Shown piece after piece: positions 52,475 to 62,318 of a stretch of 64,000 nucleotides of DNA. Location: the NCBI GenBank assembly GCA_977020255.1, contig CDROCS010000644.1:1-64000 (forward strand). The letters are read 5' to 3'. A program made the position numbers and the translations under genes. The notes under the pieces were generated by a model. The model was not told where the DNA came from, made no database searches, and worked only from the letters and a program-made list of their open reading frames with translations. Each line of letters begins with the position of its first letter. Within the stretch, counting starts at the first letter, position 1. This DNA comes from Obrimoposthia wandeli (lineage: Eukaryota).

Positions 52475-53746
52475 TTAATAGATACCTATATAAAATGAAT
52501 CAGCTCCATTATCAAGTTTAGCACCTTTTGTATAACCATCAGGTGAAGTACTTTTAGGGTCGAAACTATAAATATTACCTTTTTCACCAAGTGGTGCAAT
52601 AGCCATATGAAATTTACCGTCTTTTCCTAAAACACCAGATTGATAATACCACATCCATAAGTTGCTAGGTACATTTAGTTTTACAGCTGTTTTGTTATAT
52701 AAATCAATTCTTGTAACTCCCCAAGGTGTTGTTTTTGCGCTACCTTTTCCTACCGAAGCATCATAATAAGGCGCATAAGCAATACCGTTACCTACATAAT
52801 ACCATCCGTTAGCACCAACTTGTGTCATTCCTAATGCAGTAGATAAATCTAATTCATATGCGTCATCATAAGTTCCGTTTTTAATACGAACTAATTTTGC
52901 AGGGTTAGAAGTTAAATGATAAATGTCTCCAGTTTCATCTACATGATATACAGGCGCTCTGTAGCCATAAGTAGATCCTTTGGCAACTTCAGATTCTAGT
53001 AATACAGGATTTTTTAAAGAAGGATAATCTACAACTAGTGTAGTAGCTTTATATTCATCTGTTCTAACATTTTCATCTGTATTTGGGTCATAACCTCTTT
53101 TGGCCACACCGTAATAAGCTTTTCCATTTTGAATTGTTGGGTTGTCAATTCTCCAAATATGTAAACCATCTGCTGTTTGTGGTATTGCTACTTCTTCTTT
53201 TTCCGCTAAAGACAAATCTGCAAGTTCAATTCTCTGTAAAACTGCTTTCGCTTCTGTATGTGTGTATACGTTATCTTTATATATTTTTTCGGTATTAATG
53301 GCGTGTACTAATGCATCATTCTCGTTAAGGACTTTCCATCTAGGATAAGCAGTTCCCATTGCTACTTGAACACTTGTTTCTTCTAGCTGAGTGTAATTTG
53401 ATGCTCCGTTTATTTCGTATTTATAAAGCATACCACCACCGTAACTAAGGTTGTATAAAAATTTTCCAGACGGAGTACCATAAATTCTTGCTGTACGTAC
53501 CGAAGGAACCTCAAATCCTTTTCCTTTAAAAGAAATAGTACCCTCTTTTAATTCAGGAAAAGCTTGCACGAAAGTGGCAGAGTTACCCGTAGATCCTACT
53601 CCAAAAGCTACATTGTAAAACTCTTGAGTACCTGTAGGTGTTTTATCTTCGATAGTATCATTTGATTCACAACTTATAAATAAGGTGCTTGCAAAGGCTG
53701 CTGTTAGTAGCAATGATTTGCTTATTGATATTAAATTTGTTTTCAT
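52475..53746 (-). CDS. TonB-receptor-associated surface lipoprotein (DUF4374-like)
   Basis: Lipobox FISC, beta-rich repeated segments, follows a TonB receptor in the same operon. Confidence 0.65.
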   Translation of the reverse strand: MKTNLISISKSLLLTAAFASTLFISCESNDTIEDKTPTGTQEFYNVAFGVGSTGNSATFVQAFPELKEGTISFKGKGFEVPSVRTARIYGTPSGKFLYNLSYGGGMLYKYEINGASNYTQLEETSVQVAMGTAYPRWKVLNENDALVHAINTEKIYKDNVYTHTEAKAVLQRIELADLSLAEKEEVAIPQTADGLHIWRIDNPTIQNGKAYYGVAKRGYDPNTDENVRTDEYKATTLVVDYPSLKNPVLLESEVAKGSTYGYRAPVYHVDETGDIYHLTSNPAKLVRIKNGTYDDAYELDLSTALGMTQVGANGWYYVGNGIAYAPYYDASVGKGSAKTTPWGVTRIDLYNKTAVKLNVPSNLWMWYYQSGVLGKDGKFHMAIAPLGEKGNIYSFDPKSTSPDGYTKGAKLDNGADSFYIGIY

Positions 53747-53778
53747 AATTGTAATGTATATTTAGATTTAAAATGTGA

Positions 53779-56199
53779 TTAAAATATTGGTCTATAAGTA
53801 AGTTTTAAATAAAATGACCTGCCTGGTTTTTGCATAGCCCAGTTATCAAAAACTTGTTTGTCGGTGATGTTTTTAGCATTAAAACTTACAGCTATTTTGT
53901 TGTTTGGAGCTGTGTATGAAATACCTAAATCATGTAATATTTGTGTTGGAATGTATGCTTTTCCTTTGCTTGCTAAGCTTTCCCAGTTTCTATAGAATTG
54001 ATGTGTATATCCGAAATTGTAATTGATAGAGAGTTTTGAGTTTTTCTTTAGAAAGTCATTGAATTTGTATTCTACATAAGTATTTGCTGTTAAATACGGA
54101 GCATTTCTTAATCGGTCTTTATAATAAATATATTCTGATCCAAACTCATCATACCTTAAGTTATAACGGGCATTAAAATTAGAAAAATTAGAAGTGATAA
54201 ATAAGCGATTATTATAGTTGTATTTTAACTCAACATCATAGCCAGTACTTTTTACTTTACCTAAGTTTTCAAAGCCATAGGTATCTGAAATACTCCCGCT
54301 AATACCTCTTGTAATCATGTTTTTTATATCTCTTATAAAGAAATTAGTTTCAAGATTAAAATGATGTTTTTTTGCAGTATAAGTTCCTAAAAGAAACCCT
54401 AAATTAAAATTCGTACTGGTTTCTGGCAAAAGAGTATAAGTTGGTTGTATATTATCACTAGTATTTCCTAATAATTCTGAAATACCAGGCATTCGCAAAG
54501 CTTTTTCGGCAGAAGTTAATATCGTTATTTTAGGAGTTATGGCAAACGAAATAGCTGCTCCATAACCATCGTGACTAATATCTTTTTCATATGTGGCAGC
54601 AACAATTGTTTGTCCTACTTTCTTAGGATCAGATAATTTTACATGTTGTTTGTACTGTTTGTAAAAGAAGTTTGTTTTTAATTTTTTTGCAAAGAAATTA
54701 CTTTCATACGAGTAGCTAATTATTTGTTTGGTTAGGTATCTTGTATCTGTTAAATCTCTTTCTGCTTGTGGACGCATTGAATCGTCAATATCTCTTGTAA
54801 ATCTGTTATAAAAATAATGTAACCCTATTTTATGTTTCGGATGTAATTGGTAGTAGATACCAGTTCTATTAGCTATATTAATTTCTTTGTTTTTAGCTAA
54901 AGTAGCATCACCTGCTTCTCCGCCATTACTTTGCCAATTAATAGGATCTCCATTATTGTCTCTGATGATCTTTCCTAACCAACTATACATGTATGGAATA
55001 GTGTCAATTACGGTACGGTTTGTATGAGAAAAAGAGGTAAAGGTATTAAGAGATAAACCATCGGTTAGGATGTCTTTTTTTCGGTATTTAAAAGATAACA
55101 TTTTACTAGTACGCTTACTTTTTCTATTACCATACACAATATCCATAACAGGGCCTGTTTGTATATCATTTTCCATGTCAGAAGCTATTAATCCTAGGGT
55201 GATTTCATCTGCCCATTTTGTTGAAGTATAGCCGATGTTTGCTTTTATTCCCTTAGATTTATATTTGTCATGAAAACGTTCGGCTCTCACATATTTTATT
55301 TTCCCTGTATTTGGATTTATAACATAAACATTATCACCCCAAACCTCATAATTATTGTCTGTACTATTCAAAAAAGTTGAAACATCTATAGTAAAGTTTG
55401 TTATAGGATTTCTATAGCCACCATCAATATTAACTTGATGGGTATTAAAAGAACCGTATGAATAAGACGCACTAAGATGCGTGCCAATACTTTTTTTAAG
55501 AACAATGTTAATACCACCTCCCAAAGCATCTTCCGTTAACTCGGCAGGTAAAACACCTTTGTAGGTTTCAATACGTGCTATCATTGCCGGAGGTATACTT
55601 GATAAAGAAAATGACTCTCCGTAATTTCTAATCGGAATTCCATCAATAAAAACCCGAACAGAATTACCGCTAAGTCCATTAAGGTTAAAATGTGTGTGAG
55701 AACCAAGTCCACCACTTTGTCTTATTTTAACCCCTGCTGTTCTGCCTAAAATTTCGGTGGATTGTAAGCTTTGTATAGCTAACTCTTGAGTATTGGCTAT
55801 AGCTATCGAGAACCCTTTTTCTTTAATGAGTTTTCCTTTGGATTTACTAGTTATAACAACATTGTCTAACGTAGTACTTTCATTGTTTTTTAAAACAATA
55901 GTTAAATGATCTGATTTTTTAGTTAAATCTACTTCTATAGTAATGCCAACGGTTTCAAAAGCTTTAACAAATACAGTATATTTTCCTGCGGGAATATCAG
56001 GGAAAATAAAATTCCCGTTTTCATCTGTATAGATGCTTTTACTTATTTGTTTAATATAAACCAGTGCTAGTTCAGCAGGTGTGCCATTTTTGTAGCTCAC
56101 TTTACCAGATAAACTTATTAATGGAGTTTCTTTTGATGTTTTACTATAACAGTTAAAACTTATTAGAATGGATATAGATAATAAATATAAAGCTCTCAA
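53779..56199 (-). CDS. TonB-dependent receptor with N-terminal carboxypeptidase-regulatory-like domain
   Basis: Plug motifs (GVKIRQSGGLGS, NGLSG..V..FIDGIP, RIETYKG..P...DALGGGINI) and C-terminal NITD..FDN...QKPGRSFYLKL.Y. TTG start. Confidence 0.93.
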   Translation of the reverse strand: MRALYLLSISILISFNCYSKTSKETPLISLSGKVSYKNGTPAELALVYIKQISKSIYTDENGNFIFPDIPAGKYTVFVKAFETVGITIEVDLTKKSDHLTIVLKNNESTTLDNVVITSKSKGKLIKEKGFSIAIANTQELAIQSLQSTEILGRTAGVKIRQSGGLGSHTHFNLNGLSGNSVRVFIDGIPIRNYGESFSLSSIPPAMIARIETYKGVLPAELTEDALGGGINIVLKKSIGTHLSASYSYGSFNTHQVNIDGGYRNPITNFTIDVSTFLNSTDNNYEVWGDNVYVINPNTGKIKYVRAERFHDKYKSKGIKANIGYTSTKWADEITLGLIASDMENDIQTGPVMDIVYGNRKSKRTSKMLSFKYRKKDILTDGLSLNTFTSFSHTNRTVIDTIPYMYSWLGKIIRDNNGDPINWQSNGGEAGDATLAKNKEINIANRTGIYYQLHPKHKIGLHYFYNRFTRDIDDSMRPQAERDLTDTRYLTKQIISYSYESNFFAKKLKTNFFYKQYKQHVKLSDPKKVGQTIVAATYEKDISHDGYGAAISFAITPKITILTSAEKALRMPGISELLGNTSDNIQPTYTLLPETSTNFNLGFLLGTYTAKKHHFNLETNFFIRDIKNMITRGISGSISDTYGFENLGKVKSTGYDVELKYNYNNRLFITSNFSNFNARYNLRYDEFGSEYIYYKDRLRNAPYLTANTYVEYKFNDFLKKNSKLSINYNFGYTHQFYRNWESLASKGKAYIPTQILHDLGISYTAPNNKIAVSFNAKNITDKQVFDNWAMQKPGRSFYLKLTYRPIF

Positions 56200-56204
56200 A
56201 ATTT

Positions 56205-56269
56205 ATTTAGATTAGATTTAAATAACGAGGCAAATATAATTATTGTTTTTATTTAGATTGATTAAAAAT
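56205..56269. promoter_or_regulatory. Two Fur-box-like inverted repeats flanking a TATATTTG -7 element
   Basis: atttagattagatttaaat (56205-56223) and atttagattgattaaaaat (56251-56269). The -7 box is at 56231-56238 on the minus strand. Confidence 0.55.
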
Positions 56270-56527
56270 TAATTATTTTTAATTTATTTTGAAGTAACTA
56301 ATTCATATTTTTATTAAAATGTTTAATAACTTTTAAAACAGAAAGATAGCAGAGTGAAGTAGTATGGAATATTAAGTTTTTTCCTGCGAAAAGAAGGAGG
56401 TTTTCTAAAAATAGCGGTAAAAATATTGTTATTACTCTTTTTTGAGAAGGGAAATATTCTTGATTTGATCTTTGTTTATGAAATAATGCAGATTAACTTG
56501 TTAAAGCAGGATAGTTTTTATAAAATA

Positions 56528-56558
56528 AAAAAGACTTAAGAAAAATCTTAAGTCTTTT
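56528..56558 (-). terminator. Terminator after tRNA-Pro
   Basis: aaaaagacttaaga-aaaa-tcttaagtctttt. Confidence 0.75.
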
Positions 56559-56560
56559 AG

Positions 56561-56635
56561 TCGGGGTGGCAGGATTCGAACCTGCGACCTCCTCGTCCCA
56601 AACGAGGCGCGATGACCGGGCTACGCTACACCCCG
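56561..56635 (-). tRNA. tRNA-Pro(TGG)
   Basis: CGGGGTG/CACCCCG acceptor stem, CCTCG-TT(TGG)GA-CGAGG anticodon arm, GGTTCGAATC T-loop. TACATTTG -7 box at 56652-56659. Confidence 0.97.
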
Positions 56636-56808
56636 AATAATTATCGGTGTGCAAATGTATAAAAAATAAACACATCTCAAACAAAAAATAATAAAAATTT
56701 TAAAAGAGGTGGAATAATTTTAGTTTATCGTTTAATAATCAAAATATATATCAAAAAAATACAATAGCAATAAAAAAAAATTACATTTGTAATTCCATAA
56801 AAACTTAG

Positions 56809-57750
56809 ATGATGGCAGAAAAAATTAAATGTTTGATTATTGGTTCAGGACCAGCAGGATATACCGCTGCAATATATGCTGCAAGAGCAGATATGAAGCC
56901 TGTTATGTATACCGGAATGCAAATGGGAGGACAATTAACAACGACTACGGAAGTTGATAATTACCCAGGGTATCCGAACGGAACTGACGGAACTGCAATG
57001 ATGAACGATTTACAAAAACAAGCAGAACGTTTTGGTACTGAAGTTCGTTTTGGAATGGTTACTAAAGTTGATTTAAGTACAGAAATTGGTGGTATTCATA
57101 AAGTTATTGTTGATGAAACTATTGAGATTGAAGCAGAAACTATAATTATTTCAACAGGAGCAACGGCAAAATATTTAGGATTAGAAAGCGAACAACGTTT
57201 AATTGGTGGTGGAGTTTCAGCTTGTGCTACTTGTGATGGTTTCTTTTATAAAGGACAAGATGTTATTGTGGTTGGAGCAGGAGATACTGCAGCAGAAGAA
57301 GCAACGTATTTAGCTAATATTTGTAATAAAGTTACAATGTTAGTACGTAAAGATCGTATGAGAGCTTCAAAAGCAATGCAACATAGAGTTGAAAAAACTG
57401 CCAATATAGAGGTTTTATATAACACAGAGTTAGATGAGGTTTTAGGTAAAAATGTTGTTGAAGGTGTTCGTGTTGTAAATAACCAAACAAAAGATAAAAA
57501 AGAAATTACGGTAACTGGTGCTTTTATAGCAATCGGACATAAACCAAATTCTGATTTATTTAAAGGTGTTTTAGATATGGATGAAGTTGGTTATTTAATA
57601 ACCAAAGGAAAGTCTACGAAGACAAATTTACCAGGAGTTTTTGCTGCAGGTGATATTCAAGATAAAGAATACCGTCAGGCAGTTACAGCAGCAGGTTCAG
57701 GTTGTATGGCAGCTTTAGATGCTGAACGTTATTTAGGTGCTTTAGAATAG
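56809..57750 (+). CDS. trxB: Thioredoxin-disulfide reductase
   Basis: IIGSGPAGYTAA, CATCDG, GAGDTAAEEA, FAAGD..YRQA.TAAGSGC. Confidence 0.97.
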   Translation: MMAEKIKCLIIGSGPAGYTAAIYAARADMKPVMYTGMQMGGQLTTTTEVDNYPGYPNGTDGTAMMNDLQKQAERFGTEVRFGMVTKVDLSTEIGGIHKVIVDETIEIEAETIIISTGATAKYLGLESEQRLIGGGVSACATCDGFFYKGQDVIVVGAGDTAAEEATYLANICNKVTMLVRKDRMRASKAMQHRVEKTANIEVLYNTELDEVLGKNVVEGVRVVNNQTKDKKEITVTGAFIAIGHKPNSDLFKGVLDMDEVGYLITKGKSTKTNLPGVFAAGDIQDKEYRQAVTAAGSGCMAALDAERYLGALE

Positions 57751-57773
57751 GTAACCAAGTTATATTAGAAGAT

Positions 57774-57810
57774 AAAAACAGCGCTTACCAAATTGGTAAG
57801 CGCTGTTTTT
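57774..57810 (+). terminator. Terminator after trxB
   Basis: aaaaacagcgcttacca-aat-tggtaagcgctgttttt. Confidence 0.8.
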
Positions 57811-57844
57811 ATGAATATTATGATTATCCGTAATAAATAGGAAT

Positions 57845-57875
57845 CGTTAACCTGAATTCATTTCAGGTTCTCATC
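57845..57875. repeat. REP-like palindrome, copy of the 9750-9780 unit
   Basis: cgttaacctgaattcatttcaggttctcatc versus the reverse complement of 9750-9780, cgtaaacctgaaataagttcagattctcatc. Confidence 0.6.
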
Positions 57876-57960
57876 ATAAATCACGACCTAGTATTGTAAT
57901 AATATTTCGTAATAAATTCAGAGCCAAGTTGTTATTATAGCTTGAAACGGATATTTATGT

Positions 57961-58320
57961 TTAATAGTTTTGATCTTCTAATGATTTTGTAATCGATGAT
58001 TTTATATCACCTGTATGCTTCGTTGTTTTACTTTCAATAAGCATAATATGACATTCGTTTACTGCCGAAACTCGATGATTTACCCCTTTTTTAACAACAA
58101 ATAAATCTCCTTTGTTCATTGTAAAACTAGGTTCGTTTTCAATTTCCATCAATAAAGAACCTTCAGAAATATAAAACAACTCATCTTCATTTTCATGATT
58201 ATGCCAAGGAATATCTTCTCCTTTAATTTTAGCTAACTTTACATATTGATCATTAACTTCGGATATTATCTTAGGAGAAAAATAATTTTCTATTGATTTG
58301 AATTTCTCTTTTATATTCAT
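57961..58320 (-). CDS. Cupin domain protein
   Basis: WHNHENEDELFYI..G, V.KGVNHR. Confidence 0.9.
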   Translation of the reverse strand: MNIKEKFKSIENYFSPKIISEVNDQYVKLAKIKGEDIPWHNHENEDELFYISEGSLLMEIENEPSFTMNKGDLFVVKKGVNHRVSAVNECHIMLIESKTTKHTGDIKSSITKSLEDQNY

Positions 58321-58322
58321 AA

Positions 58323-60167
58323 TTAGATATTTTTAACAAAATCTAAAAAGACTTTTTTATGCAATTCAAGATCCATGTTAGGAGAAAGTGCTACACGGGC
58401 AATATAATCTTTGTCACCTTCTTTAGTAGTTCCTTGCGTTGAGGTAGCAGGAATCGTCCAATAACAACCTTTTAACTGTCCGTAACTAACACAGTATTTA
58501 CTTTCATTCGGAATTTTACTAATCATTAAATTGATTAACTTTAAGTTTAATTCCCTTTTATAAATTTCTCTTTCTTCATCGGTATTCCCTTTTGTTGGAA
58601 GATCTAAAGAAAAAACAGAAGGAGTAAATCCTTCACTAGCTAATTCATCTGAAACAAAATTTATTTTAGCAGCTGGTAAAACATCCTGAATAAAATTTAC
58701 AAATTTTCGAGTGTTTTTATAAGCATCACTAATTCGTTGATTCATTGATGGCAATTGCTTGGCTAATATCTCATATTGAAGAGCTGTAGCCTCGTTATCA
58801 CAAAGCGCAAGATGAATTGCTATTTTATCAATTAAAGTAGTAGTTTTTTTATTTCCTACACAATAACCAGCAGTACATTTTCCGCCACTTGGAAATTTAG
58901 AGCCACTAGCAAATGAAATTGTTCTTACGGTTGATAGAATTTCGTTATCACCTAAAAAGTGTACATTCGGACAAAATGTTTGATCTAAAATAAAAACAGG
59001 ATCAATAGCAATTTCTCCAGTTGTAGTTGTACGTTTTTTACTTAAAACTTCTTTCAGTTTGATAAGATCAGGAACTTCAACTCTTGGGTTTGTAGGTATT
59101 TCGGCAATGATGTAAGGTATCGCATCTTGAGTTGCAGCTTCCGCTAAAACGATATCAATACTTTGAACCATATCGTTATCACCATCAACAGGTAAATCAA
59201 CAACTACTACATTTTTTATACAGGCAGCAACACGTCTTGCTTGGTCGTTTGTACCACCATAACAATTTGGAGGAACAATAATTTTAATCGCTTTTCCTTT
59301 ATGTTTTTCAAGAGCATCGTGAACCAATCCCATTAAAATAGCATACTGAATAGATAATCCGCTTGAAGCAACAAGTGCTTTTGTGGTTGTGCCAGTAATG
59401 GTGTTAATTGAGTTTAAAACAGCTGTTTTGTTGGTGTCAACGGCGTTTTTACTTTTATTAATAACAGCTTGTTCAGCGAGCGATTGTAAAACAACTAAAG
59501 AGTTAGCCGGAGTCATGGCAATAGTTTCTCTTCTTCTTACATGCTGAATATCCGAAACGTAAGCGTTATTTTGTTTGCCATTGATAAGTAAAACACTTCC
59601 AAGGTTTTCATAAATATTGATAAAAAAATCAATATTTGTATTAAGATCATTCGCTGTTATTTTTTCTTGTTGAGAAACAAAAACAGTACTTCCGTTAAAT
59701 TCAGAAACCTCATTTGCGTTATTAACTTTTTTTAACTCAAATTTATAACCGTAAATATTTCTGATTATTTCAGTATCGAAACAAGTTGGTAATTCACTGG
59801 AATAACAAATTTGTGTATTTTTATTGGCAAGTAAATTTTTTCTTAGAATAGCTAAAACAGGAATCGTTTTAGAATCAAAACTGATTACGTTTTCTGATTT
59901 TAGATTGTTTAAGTTTGCCACTCCCCATTCTAAAACACAAGATAGTGGATGCCCTAATCGAATATAATCATACGCAGTTGGTAATTCATTTAATGCGATC
60001 GATTCAGAATTGTTGTTCGTAAATAAAATTTCAAACTGTTCTAAAAACTGAGTTTTCGCCAGTTTTTCATCGTAAATATCTAGTCGATGTGTTGTTGTAC
60101 TCAACCAACCAGTTGGCATGTTTTTTAATACCTCTTTAATATAATTTAGCATTTTATTCTCTCGCAT
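58323..60167 (-). CDS. Long PLP-dependent transferase of the Cys/Met metabolism (cystathionine gamma-synthase-like) fold
   Basis: ASSGLS, CYGGT, EIPTNP, LDQTF, SGSKFPSGG (PLP Lys), SYG. About 230 aa of extra N-terminal sequence. Confidence 0.72.
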   Translation of the reverse strand: MRENKMLNYIKEVLKNMPTGWLSTTTHRLDIYDEKLAKTQFLEQFEILFTNNNSESIALNELPTAYDYIRLGHPLSCVLEWGVANLNNLKSENVISFDSKTIPVLAILRKNLLANKNTQICYSSELPTCFDTEIIRNIYGYKFELKKVNNANEVSEFNGSTVFVSQQEKITANDLNTNIDFFINIYENLGSVLLINGKQNNAYVSDIQHVRRRETIAMTPANSLVVLQSLAEQAVINKSKNAVDTNKTAVLNSINTITGTTTKALVASSGLSIQYAILMGLVHDALEKHKGKAIKIIVPPNCYGGTNDQARRVAACIKNVVVVDLPVDGDNDMVQSIDIVLAEAATQDAIPYIIAEIPTNPRVEVPDLIKLKEVLSKKRTTTTGEIAIDPVFILDQTFCPNVHFLGDNEILSTVRTISFASGSKFPSGGKCTAGYCVGNKKTTTLIDKIAIHLALCDNEATALQYEILAKQLPSMNQRISDAYKNTRKFVNFIQDVLPAAKINFVSDELASEGFTPSVFSLDLPTKGNTDEEREIYKRELNLKLINLMISKIPNESKYCVSYGQLKGCYWTIPATSTQGTTKEGDKDYIARVALSPNMDLELHKKVFLDFVKNI

Positions 60168-60563
60168 AATATTCGCCTTTTAATAGATGGCAAGATAGGT
60201 TAATTAGATTTTTTTTAAAAAGTTACAAGATATTTTGTTACACCTTTTATACTATTTTGCTATGTCGCTTAAATAGTCAAATAAAAGAAAGTTACTTACA
60301 GTATTTTTTGTTTATTATCGATGAGGTGATTAATTTTAAGAAGAAGGTTATCTATTTCTTTTCAATATTTCAGAATTATTTAGTTTCTAGAGATTCACTT
60401 AATTTTTGAATCATTTTTTTGGAATAAATAATTAAATACTGCTCATTACATAGTTAAGAGTAATGTTTTACATTTATTTTCTCTAATGCGTTTTCTCTTT
60501 GATTTTTATTAACTTTTTTGTCTGTAATTTCTGACCATTAAACGTTTTAGCGTAGTTTTAAAA

Positions 60564-61997
60564 TTAGTCGGTTATAAGCCAGTTATCTAAAGCAATTTTT
60601 TCATCTTTTGATTTTAGCCAGATTTGACTTTTAGACAAATCCATTATATTTATTTTAATATCAAAAGACACCTCTTCTTTATGTGTTGCTATAAAAGTAG
60701 TATATTGATTGAATAACAATTTTTTATCAAACATAATAGATAACCAACGTCTTTTGTCTTTGTTATTTAATATTTTTATTCTAATAAAACTCGGGAGCGG
60801 TTTTGTACTGATTTCTTTCAAGAAATTAGCGCTTCTACTGTATTGATTCAAATAAAAATCAATAACCTTAATTTCTTCAAGTTCGTTAATTTCATTTGGT
60901 TTTTGTTTGATTTCAATATCAATTCCAAAAGGATATACACTTCTAAAACTTAATATTTCTTCGGGGCTTAATTTAGTAACAGTTCCATTTTTAAGAATTT
61001 TAAAATCCCTCTTTAGATTTTCAATACTATTAACATCTAGCGTAGCAACTTGAGAATGGGTTTTAAATATAGTATCAAGATTTTGTCCTTCTACCGAATT
61101 GAAAGCAACATCAAAATATGGAGTTAAATGGGTATAATTTGTATATTCTTTCTTTAGTAAATCTACATGTCCGTTAGGTAATATATGAATAAGCATATCA
61201 CTAATAGTTAGTTGCTTTTTATAATTTTCAGCTACTTTTAATTTCTTCTGATCTATAGGAAATATGTCTTTATAAAACTTGTTTTCTAAAACAGAATACC
61301 ATGATAATTCAAAAGAATCAAAACTAATTGGAATTAGCGTAGGTGTAGATTTAGTATAATATCTATGACTTTGCCTAAATTCATTCTCATCTGTTAAACC
61401 CTCTATTTCATAAATTTTTCTGTAATTTTCGTAAAATCTAGTGTAAATAGAAGATGCTTTATTTGTCTTAGAATCGAAGAATTTTATTCGGTCTATTAGT
61501 ATCGGAAAATCTTTAGCGTGCGCTATTATAATATTACTACTGTAATGTTTTCTTTGTGTATTATGTAAGGTATAAGCGCTACTAATAGATAAATACATTG
61601 GGTAGCCTAATAATATAACAGCCCATATTAATAATTTAATTTTATAACCTTCTACGCTATGAGCTACTTGGCTAAAGCAAAAAGAACCGTAAGCCATAAA
61701 GCTATAAAAAGCAGTAAAAGCTATAAACTGGAGAATTACATCCATATTTAAGCTCATAGAAGAGTTGCTATTTGAAAATGATTTTCCTAGAGCAATTGCA
61801 TATACAAATAAATAACAACTGATGGCTGTTAAAATTATAGCGGTAATGGTTACGCCCATTTTACCACCAAAATAGGCTGCAGGAATAAGAAATAACAAAC
61901 CGACACCAATCATAATTAGTAAAGTAGTAAGGTAATCTGACATAGATGGAAGATTGAATATTTTATTTTTAGTCCTTTCGGTTATTTTCACTATCAC
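60564..61997 (-). CDS. Hypothetical membrane protein (about four N-terminal TMs + large soluble domain)
   Basis: 477-aa ORF, hydrophobic first third. FELSWYSVLENKFY motif is weakly reminiscent of DUF2931. Confidence 0.7.
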   Translation of the reverse strand: MIVKITERTKNKIFNLPSMSDYLTTLLIMIGVGLLFLIPAAYFGGKMGVTITAIILTAISCYLFVYAIALGKSFSNSNSSMSLNMDVILQFIAFTAFYSFMAYGSFCFSQVAHSVEGYKIKLLIWAVILLGYPMYLSISSAYTLHNTQRKHYSSNIIIAHAKDFPILIDRIKFFDSKTNKASSIYTRFYENYRKIYEIEGLTDENEFRQSHRYYTKSTPTLIPISFDSFELSWYSVLENKFYKDIFPIDQKKLKVAENYKKQLTISDMLIHILPNGHVDLLKKEYTNYTHLTPYFDVAFNSVEGQNLDTIFKTHSQVATLDVNSIENLKRDFKILKNGTVTKLSPEEILSFRSVYPFGIDIEIKQKPNEINELEEIKVIDFYLNQYSRSANFLKEISTKPLPSFIRIKILNNKDKRRWLSIMFDKKLLFNQYTTFIATHKEEVSFDIKINIMDLSKSQIWLKSKDEKIALDNWLITD

Positions 61998-62318
61998 ATT
62001 ACAAATCTATAAATTCAGATTTGTTGCATTAAGTTATTGAATACAACCATTATTTTTCGAATTACTGTCAACGTTTAATATAAGAAACGTAGGGCAGAGG
62101 ATAAACATTATTGTTTTGGCTTATTACTAGGCCAAATATAAAATATTTTGTTTTTATCTTTTTCTAAAAATCAATATTTTATATTTGGTAGACTTTGTAA
62201 ATATTCAGAAGCCTTTGAAGTTAACACAAAGGTCGATGTTTTTTATATATTGTTAGCACACGTTTTTTTCTTTCATTTATTATTGTATTTTTGTAACCAA
62301 TGTATAAGGTTGTGTAAG

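Noticed and set aside
56493-56684. 63-aa ORF
   Set aside because: Overlaps tRNA-Pro on the same strand; the tRNA explains the sequence.
60168-60563. Long spacer upstream of the PLP enzyme as a possible SAM riboswitch or small gene
   Set aside because: No recognisable aptamer core, stable stems or credible ORF by eye. An Rfam scan would be needed.
62148-62318. 57-aa N-terminal extension of the methyltransferase in the ORF track
   Set aside because: TTG start with F/Y-rich low-complexity text typical of AT-rich intergenic DNA. The HTH begins at ATG 62319.
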